Part shown: positions 6,444 to 15,895 of the stretch, piece by piece
Numbering within the stretch: the first letter of the stretch is position 1
Layout: the number at the start of each line of letters is the position of its first letter
IMG/VR virus record: IMGVR_UViG_3300002835_000169
Coordinates: 1,061-65,060 of that record
DNA from: a virus
Lineage: Duplodnaviria; Caudoviricetes
Length of the DNA: 64,000 nucleotides
Reading direction: 5' to 3' (one strand)
The notes under the pieces: model-generated
Told to the model about the DNA's origin: nothing
Databases searched by the model: none
Seen by the model: the letters and a program-made list of their open reading frames with translations, nothing else
Made by a program: the position numbers and the translations under genes

Positions 6444-8480
6444 TCATTTACTGTCCTTGATTAATTTGACCTCACAAGCGTCTGTTGTACAGTAAGCCTC
6501 TCCGATAGCATCGGCTGCCATACCTGCGTAGACACCTGATAAGTCAATTGGCATTAGATTCATACGACCTTCTTCATACTCTTCAGATGTAATCTGTGTG
6601 TAAGGCATCTGAGGATAGACCATATTACCCATTGGTAAGAAACTAATCGTCTTTAGCTGACCATCGTGCATATGCAAAATAGAAGCAATAGAGTCTGCTT
6701 CCTTCTCAGGGTCAAATGTGACGGTTACAGAAACAGAGTTATCTGACCAGTAACGCTGTACAACTACAGCAAGTGCAACCTTCTCGTGAACTGAAACTTC
6801 TTTTTCGGCTCTCTTTGCGTCCGTTTCAATTGGGAAGAAGACAACGCTTGTTGTTTCTGGAGATTCAGAGGCTGGTTCAACTCTGTAGTTAGCCATCTTA
6901 AATAGCGGAAGCATTGGGTCAGAGTTTGCAAAGCGGATTGCTCTGTTAAAGAACTTACCGCCTGATGCCCAGTGAACCCCAGGAGACTCACCAGCAAGGA
7001 TAGACACAGTTCCTGATGGCTTTACCGTAGTCATCTTGATTGACTGACGGATTCCAAGCCACTCGGAGTAAGACTCGTCATACTTCTTTACGACTTCGTA
7101 GCCAGTGTTTAGCCAGTCACGCAATACAGTCCAACCGTTGTTATCTGCAAAGTTAGCAATACCAGAGATTGATGTTCCGATACGGCGGTTGCGTTGCATA
7201 ATTGCGTTCGTCTCTTCCCAGTGAGTTGGAAGAAGAGTTACGGTCTTGGCGTAAAGGTACGCAAACTTCAATGTTCTTTTGAAGTCCTCTAAATCAGTGT
7301 GACGATTTAAGTAAGTCTCAACAAGTGTGCAACACTCATAAGATTCAAGAGACTGTTCAGCACAAGGGTTGTAGCCAGCAATTCGCCAGTCCTTGTTGTT
7401 AGGTGGGTCAATGAGACGACCGTACTTGCGTGATACATCCATCCACACAACTCCAGGCTCACCGTTACGGACAATGCCGTCAATAATCTTAGAGAAGTCT
7501 GAACCAACCTTTGCTTCTACAGAGTTGTTAGACATCCAAGCCCAACCTGGGTTAGCAGGGTCGTACGAGTTGCGTTCAGGAAAGACCTCTGGGTTCTTAA
7601 GGTTTAAGAAGGTATCATCATCAATCTGACCAATGAGAAGCTCAGCACTACGGCGCACATTGCCTGAGACAACGCACACACCAATCATATTTCCAATGTC
7701 AGCAATATCTGTCTTAGATAACTTCCCACCAGCACGACCAGTAAACATCTTGCTGATGTGGGTGTGCAGTCTTAAGAGAGGTTCGTGTCCTGCGGCTGTT
7801 CCACCAAAGGTTTTGATTGGTGCACCTGCTGGGCGGATTTCTTCGTAATCAAATACTGGAGTCTTCGTATCTGGCTTGAGGTAGGAATTGATGAGGGCGG
7901 CTGTAGATTCAACCCATCCTTCTCTGGTGTCAGGGATTTTATACTCGTAAGTTTCTTTTGGTTCATAGATTGTGAAGTCCTTATCTGCTCCCTTATCATC
8001 AAAGCCAACGCCCACTCCGAGCATTGAGGCTTCCATAAGGAAAGCGAATGGTTTGGCTGGGTCGGTCTTTACCATTGACCCAGTAGATACAAACGCACAG
8101 TTCTGCAAAGCAGCAGAGTTGCGTTGCTCATTAACGAGTGGGGTACCCATTACCCATAGTCCACGTCCAGGTGGAGTCCACTTCAGGTTGAAGAGACGGT
8201 CAAATGCTTCTTTAGCCGAGGCTGCTGCCTTAGCGTCTGACCAAGGAAGACGCTGACGCTTAGCGTGGTCTTTCTGCAGTGAGTACATACCGTTGATGAC
8301 ACGCTCACATACATCTACCCAAGTCTCCTTAGTACCATCTGCCTTTAGGCGTGAATAGGTACGAAGAAAAGTGATTTCTCCAACCGAGTTTCCAGCGGCA
8401 TCCCTATACCCAAAAGGAGCCTTCTTGTCCTTGTACGAAGCGACGAAGTCAGTTGTTAGTTCAAAAGAAAACAGACCCAA
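6444..8480 (-). CDS. nrdJ: class II (adenosylcobalamin-dependent) ribonucleotide reductase
   Basis: PPGRG, LQNC, GNVRRSA, NPCAEQ, TVKPSGT, C-terminal CTTDAC; start uncertain (TTG8480 proposed, frame open to 8561). Confidence 0.93.
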   Translation of the reverse strand: MGLFSFELTTDFVASYKDKKAPFGYRDAAGNSVGEITFLRTYSRLKADGTKETWVDVCERVINGMYSLQKDHAKRQRLPWSDAKAAASAKEAFDRLFNLKWTPPGRGLWVMGTPLVNEQRNSAALQNCAFVSTGSMVKTDPAKPFAFLMEASMLGVGVGFDDKGADKDFTIYEPKETYEYKIPDTREGWVESTAALINSYLKPDTKTPVFDYEEIRPAGAPIKTFGGTAAGHEPLLRLHTHISKMFTGRAGGKLSKTDIADIGNMIGVCVVSGNVRRSAELLIGQIDDDTFLNLKNPEVFPERNSYDPANPGWAWMSNNSVEAKVGSDFSKIIDGIVRNGEPGVVWMDVSRKYGRLIDPPNNKDWRIAGYNPCAEQSLESYECCTLVETYLNRHTDLEDFKRTLKFAYLYAKTVTLLPTHWEETNAIMQRNRRIGTSISGIANFADNNGWTVLRDWLNTGYEVVKKYDESYSEWLGIRQSIKMTTVKPSGTVSILAGESPGVHWASGGKFFNRAIRFANSDPMLPLFKMANYRVEPASESPETTSVVFFPIETDAKRAEKEVSVHEKVALAVVVQRYWSDNSVSVTVTFDPEKEADSIASILHMHDGQLKTISFLPMGNMVYPQMPYTQITSEEYEEGRMNLMPIDLSGVYAGMAADAIGEAYCTTDACEVKLIKDSK

Positions 8481-8642
8481 TTCCTTACCACCATTTCTAT
8501 GTTTGTGTAAATACCCCTCAACAGGGAGACCTATTGTGCCGTGGCGAAACCTACCACGCACTTGCTAACTTTGTTTACTTCAAAATCTATCTGCGCAGGG
8601 TGAACCGTAGTTCAAGTTACAGTAGGTACTGTTATCAGATAG

Positions 8643-10151
8643 TTAATCTTCTATTGAAGACTGGATAATCTTAGTGACTGTATCTTCTTTTAAGGTCTGA
8701 GGTAACTCTCTCAGAGCTTGAGCTTTGTCTCCAAAGATGGCAGAGAGAACTCCACCAGCACCTTGACGCTGTGCTGTAATCTGAATGAACTCTTTGTCTG
8801 AGGCCATGTCGTTAACTTCTTTAACCATTTTAATTAAGCGGTCAACTTCTTGAGACACGTTTGGGTCTGCGTATCCACCATTCATTTCTTCAGCAAAACG
8901 CATAAAAGCGACTCTTTGACCCTGCATTTCAATCATTGAGGTCATCAAAGCCTTGAGTTGGTCTTTGGTCTTGACTTCAATCGGCAGGTTAAAAGCACAG
9001 GTGTTTTGTGGTTTAAAGGCTGGACAGTTAGCAGCCACAAAGCAAGTGTCACATTGCCTTAAAGATGTTTGCTGGGTCTGTACTACTGGGATGTCCATAA
9101 GAACATCTTTACCGTCTTCATCTGTTTCAACCACGGTCTTCATTTTGTACCCAAAAACAGGTAGGTTCTGAACCTCTGAAGGGTCTCTTTGGACTACTTC
9201 TGGGCGTTCAAGTTTCCGCATCTCAGAAGCACTGTTATCAGAAAGTACCCCCCCTAGTTCCATCAAACCACTCATAAGTGGGGTGTCGCTGTTATCAGAT
9301 ACTTCCTTGTTTTTGCCACCATCAATGATGTGCAAATCAGGGGTTTTCTTGTCCATTGATGCCTCTAACTGTAGGTATGACCAGACCGCAACTCTAGTCG
9401 CTTCAAGGGTGTTATCTTGGCTAAACCCTAAATAGTCTAGCCCTGCCTTCTCTACAATGCGTTTGTAGCGAGGGCGTGCCTGGTCTTTCATACGCTTTGG
9501 GTAACGCTTAATTTGAGCGCCATCCCAGACGATTGTTTCACCTCTGCGCATTGGACTAAGCCACGACAATGTGCTGGCAGTGCTAAATGGTACCTGTCGG
9601 ATGTTGTCTGGCTTGGCACAGGCAAGGGCGTGATACTGAGTTCCAAACTGCCTCTGGTAGCCCCGTGTGAGGGCGGCTAGGCTGGTTACAGCCTCAATCT
9701 CATCATTGGGTATGACTACGTTCTGGTAGGTCTGAGACATTAGTTTAAGGGAAGGAAGCCCATACTCTTCGTGCCAGACTACCCAAAACTTAGGGTCGTG
9801 TTCGTAGAAGTGTCGCTGTGCTTCTACCCATTCTTTACCCAAAACAATGGAGTCAAACTCCATAAAAGCTGATGCTCTCTCAGAGTTATCCACAAGGAAC
9901 TCTTGGTAATCAGCGGCTAAAGAAGTTAATTCTTCTTTTGAGAGCCCTGCTTTGTCAGCTTGAGCTGCACCAGACTCAATGAACACCTGGGTGTCAGCGT
10001 CAAAATGCTCGCTAATCAACCATCTTTTGGTAGTAGGCAACCCTCTTTTGCGAAGAGTCCAAAAGTTGAGTCCCATTGACTCAACCTTTGAGCCGAAAAG
10101 AAGATTGCGATTGGAGCCTACTTCAGCCCCGCTAAAGATGATACGCATCAA
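8643..10151 (-). CDS. TGT/DpdA-like TIM-barrel protein (degenerate) fused to a 4-Cys domain
   Basis: FIESGA ~ FxDSGA, WVVWH, YHAL, PFSTASTLSW ~ SxDSxSW; C-terminal CDTC-x5-C-x8-C. Confidence 0.55.
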   Translation of the reverse strand: MMRIIFSGAEVGSNRNLLFGSKVESMGLNFWTLRKRGLPTTKRWLISEHFDADTQVFIESGAAQADKAGLSKEELTSLAADYQEFLVDNSERASAFMEFDSIVLGKEWVEAQRHFYEHDPKFWVVWHEEYGLPSLKLMSQTYQNVVIPNDEIEAVTSLAALTRGYQRQFGTQYHALACAKPDNIRQVPFSTASTLSWLSPMRRGETIVWDGAQIKRYPKRMKDQARPRYKRIVEKAGLDYLGFSQDNTLEATRVAVWSYLQLEASMDKKTPDLHIIDGGKNKEVSDNSDTPLMSGLMELGGVLSDNSASEMRKLERPEVVQRDPSEVQNLPVFGYKMKTVVETDEDGKDVLMDIPVVQTQQTSLRQCDTCFVAANCPAFKPQNTCAFNLPIEVKTKDQLKALMTSMIEMQGQRVAFMRFAEEMNGGYADPNVSQEVDRLIKMVKEVNDMASDKEFIQITAQRQGAGGVLSAIFGDKAQALRELPQTLKEDTVTKIIQSSIED

Positions 10152-10642
10152 TCAGACCAGAGTTCAGCCACTGTATCTTTTGGTCTTTGAGCTTGTTCTG
10201 AACGTGCGATGTTGACTTTGTTAATAGCCTCTTCAATATCTGACCAGCGTCGTACCTTCTTTGGAGCATCTGGTCGGTTCTCAACGGCTGCAAAATTAGG
10301 GTGGCTAAAGAGGATTGCTGGAACTCGTTGTTCTTCAAACACCCAAGCACACATAGTTGGGTCAGCATCTACATACATCTCAATCGGAGCTCTGGAACGA
10401 GAGATAACGAACTGTCTCTTCTTTAGGTCCTCACCTGCCAGCTCAAAAGAAGAGTCAATCAAGTCGTCGTAGTTAATGATTCCGTGCGACTGTAACCATT
10501 GCTTAGCATCTGCTTCTTTGCGAGAAGTCATAATGGCAACACGGTTGTTGATGTTTAGGGCGTAGTAAAGCGCCACTCCTGCACGGATTGGTTCCCCAGA
10601 GTCCGAACTTAGTACGCCGTCTAGTGATACGAGTATGTTAAT
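10148..10642 (-). CDS. HAD-fold protein (degenerate motif I)
   Basis: ILVSLDGVL, IMTSR, MYVDAD; frame extends to ATT10642 directly after the upstream TAG. Confidence 0.65.
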   Translation of the reverse strand: MNILVSLDGVLSSDSGEPIRAGVALYYALNINNRVAIMTSRKEADAKQWLQSHGIINYDDLIDSSFELAGEDLKKRQFVISRSRAPIEMYVDADPTMCAWVFEEQRVPAILFSHPNFAAVENRPDAPKKVRRWSDIEEAINKVNIARSEQAQRPKDTVAELWSD

Positions 10643-10645
10643 GGT

Positions 10646-11578
10646 CTATCCCTTTGCTCGGTAGGTTGCCGCTCTTCTAATTAGGGTCTGAGTATCGGGC
10701 AGTTCAACGCCGTAGGTATCGTCTGCTTGTTGCGCTTTGTATGCTGACCAGTACTCAGACATCTTTCGTAGGGCAGGTACGGTTCCGTACTTCTTACCAG
10801 CCTGCCATCTATAGTTGTAAAAATCTGCATAACCTTCACCCTCTGGACGGAAAGCAAACTTCCGTGCTCCGTGGATGTCTTCATACATTGCAGAGCCCTG
10901 TATTAGGGCTGCGTGTAGTTGTGCCTCTGCATTACGGCGTGCTGGGTCGTTCTGGGCTCCCTGCACATCAGTCAGAGCCTTGGTATAGCGTGTGACAATC
11001 TCTGTTGCCTTTACTAGGTCACGCTTTGCAAACTCGTCCCATACACGGTTCTCTGGCGCAGAGGTTTGCTCAGGGTGTACTGTCCACTCGTTGTGGGTTA
11101 AGTCGTAGGCTGCGTAAGGGTTGATAGTGCGAATGTCAGTAGCACCTGGGTTTACGTAAAAAGTAACCTCGTACCCATTCCAATTCTGTGTCTCTGGCTG
11201 TAAGTGATTGCGGAAGTCTTCATTCAACATACGGCTAATCTCTACATCACCAAGACCCTTAAACTCTGGGTGTGCTCTGCGGAATTGGATGTAGTTCACT
11301 CCAATAAGAACATCTAAATCTCCAGGTTGACGTGCTGCTGACCACTGGTATGAGACACCAGAGCCTGCAATCCATACGTGTGCCCATAGGTTTGGGTTAC
11401 GGTACTTCTCGTTTAGAAACCCAAATAGAAGTTGCAGGATTCCATTACGAACCCATCCCTTTAAAGTCTTTTCTGAGAATAACTTAGGGTCTAACTCTGT
11501 TTCGGGGGCGGAAAAATAGGAGGTAGCAGTTCCCTGAATGTGTACAGGGTTTGAGTTACTTCCTAAGTTCTTAAACAT
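10646..11578 (-). CDS. Pol-beta-superfamily nucleotidyltransferase
   Basis: IAGSGVSYQW...GDLDVLI...YEVTFYV. Confidence 0.8.
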   Translation of the reverse strand: MFKNLGSNSNPVHIQGTATSYFSAPETELDPKLFSEKTLKGWVRNGILQLLFGFLNEKYRNPNLWAHVWIAGSGVSYQWSAARQPGDLDVLIGVNYIQFRRAHPEFKGLGDVEISRMLNEDFRNHLQPETQNWNGYEVTFYVNPGATDIRTINPYAAYDLTHNEWTVHPEQTSAPENRVWDEFAKRDLVKATEIVTRYTKALTDVQGAQNDPARRNAEAQLHAALIQGSAMYEDIHGARKFAFRPEGEGYADFYNYRWQAGKKYGTVPALRKMSEYWSAYKAQQADDTYGVELPDTQTLIRRAATYRAKG

Positions 11579-11597
11579 AGCCTTAGTTTAGAGCGTA

Positions 11598-11885
11598 TTA
11601 AGCTTTTGTTGGGTCTATCCCACGTTCAGATAATGCTTCAGCAATCTTTGCACGCTGCTGCTCACCAGGAGACACAGGCTGTAAAGCATCAACTACGGCT
11701 TTAGCAACACGTTCAGCCAGTAGGAAGTCATCTATCTCTGATACTAACTGCTTGCTAGTCTGATAGATGTCGTAGGTACTAGCAATACGCATCACGTTCT
11801 CAGTAACAGGAATTGTTTCTAGCGTTCCATCTGCCTTAATTACGACGGAATATGCTGCTTGAATCTGGGGTGTCTCTTCAGTCAT
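11598..11885 (-). CDS. hypothetical protein
   Basis: 95-aa ORF, TAATG coupling. Confidence 0.7.
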   Translation of the reverse strand: MTEETPQIQAAYSVVIKADGTLETIPVTENVMRIASTYDIYQTSKQLVSEIDDFLLAERVAKAVVDALQPVSPGEQQRAKIAEALSERGIDPTKA

Positions 11886-12433
11886 TAGTTTAGTCCTAAC
11901 AGTTTTTGTTTGCGTTGGTTTACTGCGATAGATACTGGGCAGAAATTACAGAGGTAGGTCTTTGGACCTGCTTCATCCTGGTAGCGACCCATACCCTCTG
12001 CTTTACGTTCTTTTGCAGTATTAGGGATGAGTAATTTTTCTTTAATTTGCCAATCGCTGCAGCCGTCTTTTGGCTTGTTATGTTGTTGGTAGCATTTCAT
12101 TGCGTCTTCAAGGAACATAGAGCGGGAGTCGTAGAAAGTATCATCAACTTCGGCTAAACCTTTAGAGCCTCCGCCTTTAATCTGACGAACAATTTCTTTT
12201 TTAGACTCTGTCTTTGCCCAAGCACGTAATGGGAGAACAAACAACTTACCTTTATGTGGCTCACCTGATGGGAATACGTGTGCTTCACAGGCGATTGCTA
12301 ACAGGTGGTCTTGTTCTGGGTCACCATCGTATGGGGGAAGTTCGTCTAAAGATTGACAGACAAGACAGTACAACAACCGAAACATCGGTTCATTGTCCAT
12401 CTTCTTTTCGCCAAGAATAGGTACGTTACTCAT
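11885..12433 (-). CDS. Cys-containing hypothetical protein
   Basis: CLVC, CNFC; AAGGAG SD. Confidence 0.75.
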   Translation of the reverse strand: MSNVPILGEKKMDNEPMFRLLYCLVCQSLDELPPYDGDPEQDHLLAIACEAHVFPSGEPHKGKLFVLPLRAWAKTESKKEIVRQIKGGGSKGLAEVDDTFYDSRSMFLEDAMKCYQQHNKPKDGCSDWQIKEKLLIPNTAKERKAEGMGRYQDEAGPKTYLCNFCPVSIAVNQRKQKLLGLN

Positions 12434-12468
12434 TGTGCTCCTTGTATTAGTCCGAATATCCTAACAGA

Positions 12469-12681
12469 TTATTTATTTTTACCTTTATATTTTTGATATT
12501 GGTCGTTTGGTCCCTTTGGTGGAACTTGACCTCCAGAAGCCTTCTTTACTGGTTTAGCGTGGTAAGTCTCAAGAGAAGCACGGTTCTTTGCTTTTCCTCC
12601 AACACGTCGGTCGTTAAACAAGTTATGGGGTTGTCTACGCTCAAACTCACCAGGGTCTGGTGCTCCAACTGCCGTTCTCAT
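12469..12681 (-). CDS. basic hypothetical protein
   Basis: 70 aa, operon packing. Confidence 0.65.
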   Translation of the reverse strand: MRTAVGAPDPGEFERRQPHNLFNDRRVGGKAKNRASLETYHAKPVKKASGGQVPPKGPNDQYQKYKGKNK

Positions 12682-13065
12682 TTACTTGTTCCAGAGCTCG
12701 TGGTCTGTTGCTTCTTGCTTTGCTTTACGCTTGGCTGCACGCTCTTCCATCTTTGTTTCACGAGCACTCTTTACGCCAATTGCACGGCGAGTAACCGCTT
12801 GCTTTTGTGCAGTAGTTGAACTGTGGTAAACATCTGGGTAGTGCCATCCACCTTCGTGGTGTACAGCCAAAGGCGTGTTAGAACGTGGGTCGTTAACTGT
12901 GTAGTCAATGTTCTTTAGGCCCTTTAGAGATTCTGAAAACTGAGTGCCAGATAACCAGCCGTGTGAACGTGGTGCTCCTGGGTGACCTTCAAAGTTATTT
13001 CCTTTAAAAGGTTCACGAGCTGCAATAAGCGGTCCCGCGTTACGGTTAGAAGTTCTTTTAGCCAT
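12682..13065 (-). CDS. hypothetical protein
   Basis: 127 aa, ends HELWNK. Confidence 0.7.
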   Translation of the reverse strand: MAKRTSNRNAGPLIAAREPFKGNNFEGHPGAPRSHGWLSGTQFSESLKGLKNIDYTVNDPRSNTPLAVHHEGGWHYPDVYHSSTTAQKQAVTRRAIGVKSARETKMEERAAKRKAKQEATDHELWNK

Positions 13066-13067
13066 GA

Positions 13068-13274
13068 TTACTTACCTGGGTTTACCTTGTTTGGGAACTC
13101 AGATGTGATGAAACCATAACCATAAAAAGGATGCAGTGATTGACGGTTGTCTAGCGTTGCTTCGTCACCGTTACCAGGAATTACCTCTGTATCTGGACGA
13201 GCTTTGCGATACTTGCCGTCTGTTGCGCCTGCATCTAGTGAGGCGTTCATTGAGCGTGATGAGTTAACTGTCAT
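13068..13274 (-). CDS. hypothetical protein
   Basis: ATG13274 (MTVNSSRS) after AAGGA. Confidence 0.65.
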   Translation of the reverse strand: MTVNSSRSMNASLDAGATDGKYRKARPDTEVIPGNGDEATLDNRQSLHPFYGYGFITSEFPNKVNPGK

Positions 13275-13284
13275 GTGAGTTCCT

Positions 13285-13476
13285 TTACCAATCCAATTCT
13301 CTTGCTGCTTGGCTCTCTGCCTGTGAAGAATGCTTAGGACGGTTCCAGTTACTATCTTGTGCCCGAAACGCGCCAGTCTCGTGGAGTGCTCTACCTTTGT
13401 TTTGCTTCCATTCCTCAACTAATTTAGCGCCTGTTTTAGCAGCTTTTCTAGCCTTACGACGGTCGTTCCACTCCAT
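13285..13476 (-). CDS. hypothetical protein
   Basis: 63 aa, TAATG coupling. Confidence 0.65.
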   Translation of the reverse strand: MEWNDRRKARKAAKTGAKLVEEWKQNKGRALHETGAFRAQDSNWNRPKHSSQAESQAARELDW

Positions 13477-13775
13477 TAGATTTTACCTTTCGCTTTAAGC
13501 TTATCCATTTTAGCTTTAGACTTTGCAGCAGATTTCTTTTCGTACGCGTCAGCCCATTCCGATTTAGCTTTAAGTTTTGCTTCTTTTTTAGAACCAGGCT
13601 CAACCATCTTTGGCTTTCCTCGTCCTTTCAAAGTTGCGACACCAAAAAATTTAGTTGCAGGCTTTGAAATGTTTTCTACTGGAACTTTCTTAATTGGTTC
13701 TTTCTTTGGCATTGCTTTAATTGAGCCAGCTTTTGCCGCTGCTGCAACTGCAGGATTTTTAATACTCTTCGCCAT
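13476..13775 (-). CDS. Lys/Ala-rich basic protein
   Basis: 99 aa, histone-H1-like composition. Confidence 0.7.
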   Translation of the reverse strand: MAKSIKNPAVAAAAKAGSIKAMPKKEPIKKVPVENISKPATKFFGVATLKGRGKPKMVEPGSKKEAKLKAKSEWADAYEKKSAAKSKAKMDKLKAKGKI

Positions 13776-14746
13776 TATCTTCTTCCTTGTCTCTGGGCTC
13801 GCTGGGTTTCCATCTTTTTACCCTCAGATAGTCTATCGGCAATACCAGACTTAATTATGGTTATAACGCTAGAAGAATTATCCTTTGGGTGCATTACGTG
13901 GTTATGCATAACCCCTAATGCGTGGTGGATAGTGGCGTCCATACCTAAAATCGTAGGGTGAATAGCGTTAAATGCCTGTGCGTGACTGTGGTGCTCAGTG
14001 GTGCCTTTAGTTGCTGCCATATCGTCTAAATGTTTAAGAGCTTGGTTTACTGCTGGAGCAATGACTTTGTGAGGAACTGCTAATCCCTTTAACTTACGGC
14101 TTGCTTGGTTACCCGCAGGTGCAGTTACATCAATATGGACAGGTTCACGTTGTGGTCCTGCTCCTGGAGCAAGGGTAGGACGAGTGCGCTCAGGTTTTGG
14201 AGCTACTGGCTCTACTTCTGTTCTTGTAAACTCTTCTGGACGTCGCTGACGTGCACGACCAGTATCTGCGTCTCGCACAACTGTCTTTGAGCGTGTTTTC
14301 TTTTTTCTTTTTGGACCTGGGTCAACAATAGTGATGCCGCGAGCAAGTTCGCCGCGCTTAGGGGCTCTAATACCTTTTTGCGCTAATTTTTTTCCAGTAC
14401 TGATAACAGGTCCTGGAAGTTGAATTTTAGGAGCAGCAGAGGGACCCTGGTCTTCTTGCCCTACAGTTGGTCGGGCTTCAACGTCTGCTACTTTTGCACG
14501 GCCAGTTTTTGTGTCACGAGTAAGTTTCTTTTTAAACTTTACTCCTGGGTTAGCGTCAACACTTACCGCTGTACGTTCTGTTGTGCCCTTTACACCAGTT
14601 GCGCCGACACGTGCAATGCGCTTTGACTCAGATTCGCGGGCAGCAGCTAACGATGCTTCAGTTTCTTTAGCAATTTCGGCTTCACGCTCAGGTGTCATAC
14701 CTACTTTATCTGAAGGTTTTGCTGCTGCTTTTTTCTTTTTAGCCAT
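13775..14746 (-). CDS. basic, largely disordered protein with His-rich C-terminal domain
   Basis: 323-aa ORF. Confidence 0.75.
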   Translation of the reverse strand: MAKKKKAAAKPSDKVGMTPEREAEIAKETEASLAAARESESKRIARVGATGVKGTTERTAVSVDANPGVKFKKKLTRDTKTGRAKVADVEARPTVGQEDQGPSAAPKIQLPGPVISTGKKLAQKGIRAPKRGELARGITIVDPGPKRKKKTRSKTVVRDADTGRARQRRPEEFTRTEVEPVAPKPERTRPTLAPGAGPQREPVHIDVTAPAGNQASRKLKGLAVPHKVIAPAVNQALKHLDDMAATKGTTEHHSHAQAFNAIHPTILGMDATIHHALGVMHNHVMHPKDNSSSVITIIKSGIADRLSEGKKMETQRAQRQGRR

Positions 14747-14748
14747 GA

Positions 14749-14949
14749 TTAAACCATCTTCCGCTTTATACGGTCAGACATCTTTTGAGAGTAACAAGAT
14801 GCACACATGCCTTTGCTGTGTAAAACCTGTACTGGATTCATAATAATTCCGCAGGTTGAGCATGGGTGTGAACCCTTGTAACGGGTTGCATTCTCAGCAA
14901 TTTGACGTGCCTGAATCTCCACCATAAATGAGCCATCGCCATCGTCCAT
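14749..14949 (-). CDS. small Zn-finger protein
   Basis: CSTC...CASC. Confidence 0.7.
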   Translation of the reverse strand: MDDGDGSFMVEIQARQIAENATRYKGSHPCSTCGIIMNPVQVLHSKGMCASCYSQKMSDRIKRKMV

Positions 14950-14951
14950 GA

Positions 14952-15533
14952 TTAGCCCCTCTTCTTTCGCGTATTTTTCGTTCCAAAACGTTTTGCTGCG
15001 TCCATACCTGTGTCGTAATCAGATGTTACTGGAGTGCTATCTGGTTTATATGCTGTACCTGTGTTTGCTTCTTTTGCCACACTTCTGTCAGCGCCAAGGA
15101 ATGCAACACTTGGTCGTCCTTGACGACGAGTACTCCAACCTTTTGGTTTGTAATCTTCGTTCCATTGGACGTGGGATAAAGGTCGCATTCCACCTTTTGC
15201 ATACATCTCTGGGAGTTTAGGGTCAAAAGCTGAGGCATGAGTTGCTCCACCAATTAGCACAGCGTGCTCTGCTGCGTGACGGGCTACATCTTTGTACGGA
15301 GCATCTGGGTGCTTAAATACTGAGTTCAATTCACCGCTTGGATGAACTGCAAAACCAGCCAACCCATCAGGAGTACTAAACATCCGCATACCTTTATAGT
15401 CACTAACTTTGTGCACGTCTACTGCAGCACCCATTGGGCTTGCTTTCTTTGCACGCTGAATAAAGGCTTTAAAGTGCCCAGCTTCTTTTGGTGAATACTC
15501 TACGAAATGTGGAAAGTTATCTTCTTTAGACAT
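14952..15533 (-). CDS. GNAT-like protein resembling domains of phage polyvalent proteins
   Basis: AGFAVHPSGELNSVF...AFDPKLPEMYAKGG...WNEDYKPKGW. Confidence 0.5.
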   Translation of the reverse strand: MSKEDNFPHFVEYSPKEAGHFKAFIQRAKKASPMGAAVDVHKVSDYKGMRMFSTPDGLAGFAVHPSGELNSVFKHPDAPYKDVARHAAEHAVLIGGATHASAFDPKLPEMYAKGGMRPLSHVQWNEDYKPKGWSTRRQGRPSVAFLGADRSVAKEANTGTAYKPDSTPVTSDYDTGMDAAKRFGTKNTRKKRG

Positions 15534-15895
15534 TAGATGCCACCCAACTCATTACGAGATGCAGCTTGGAATCCTGCTGGTCCACCTGAGAACCAAGAAA
15601 CACGTGGCTCTGAATAGACGCGGTCTATAGTTACGACATCGTCAATCCCTGGTTGTCCACGGAATCCGTAACCAAAACGGTCAGGGAATAAACGAATCTG
15701 TGGAAGTGGTGGACGAACCATTGCTTGAATATCTTTACCAGGAACGTTCATAATCATCAGTGCTTGAGTTGTTAACCGCTCCATATTGGATGTAAAAGGT
15801 CCGTTGTACTGCCAGCGCTTTGCTACCTGGTCAGGCTGAATTGGTGCACGCCATGGCTTTGTGTAGTCGTAATTACCATCAAATTTTTGCGTCAT
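15533..15895 (-). CDS. hypothetical protein
   Basis: ORF 15533..15904; likely start MTQKFD. Confidence 0.7.
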   Translation of the reverse strand: MTQKFDGNYDYTKPWRAPIQPDQVAKRWQYNGPFTSNMERLTTQALMIMNVPGKDIQAMVRPPLPQIRLFPDRFGYGFRGQPGIDDVVTIDRVYSEPRVSWFSGGPAGFQAASRNELGGI

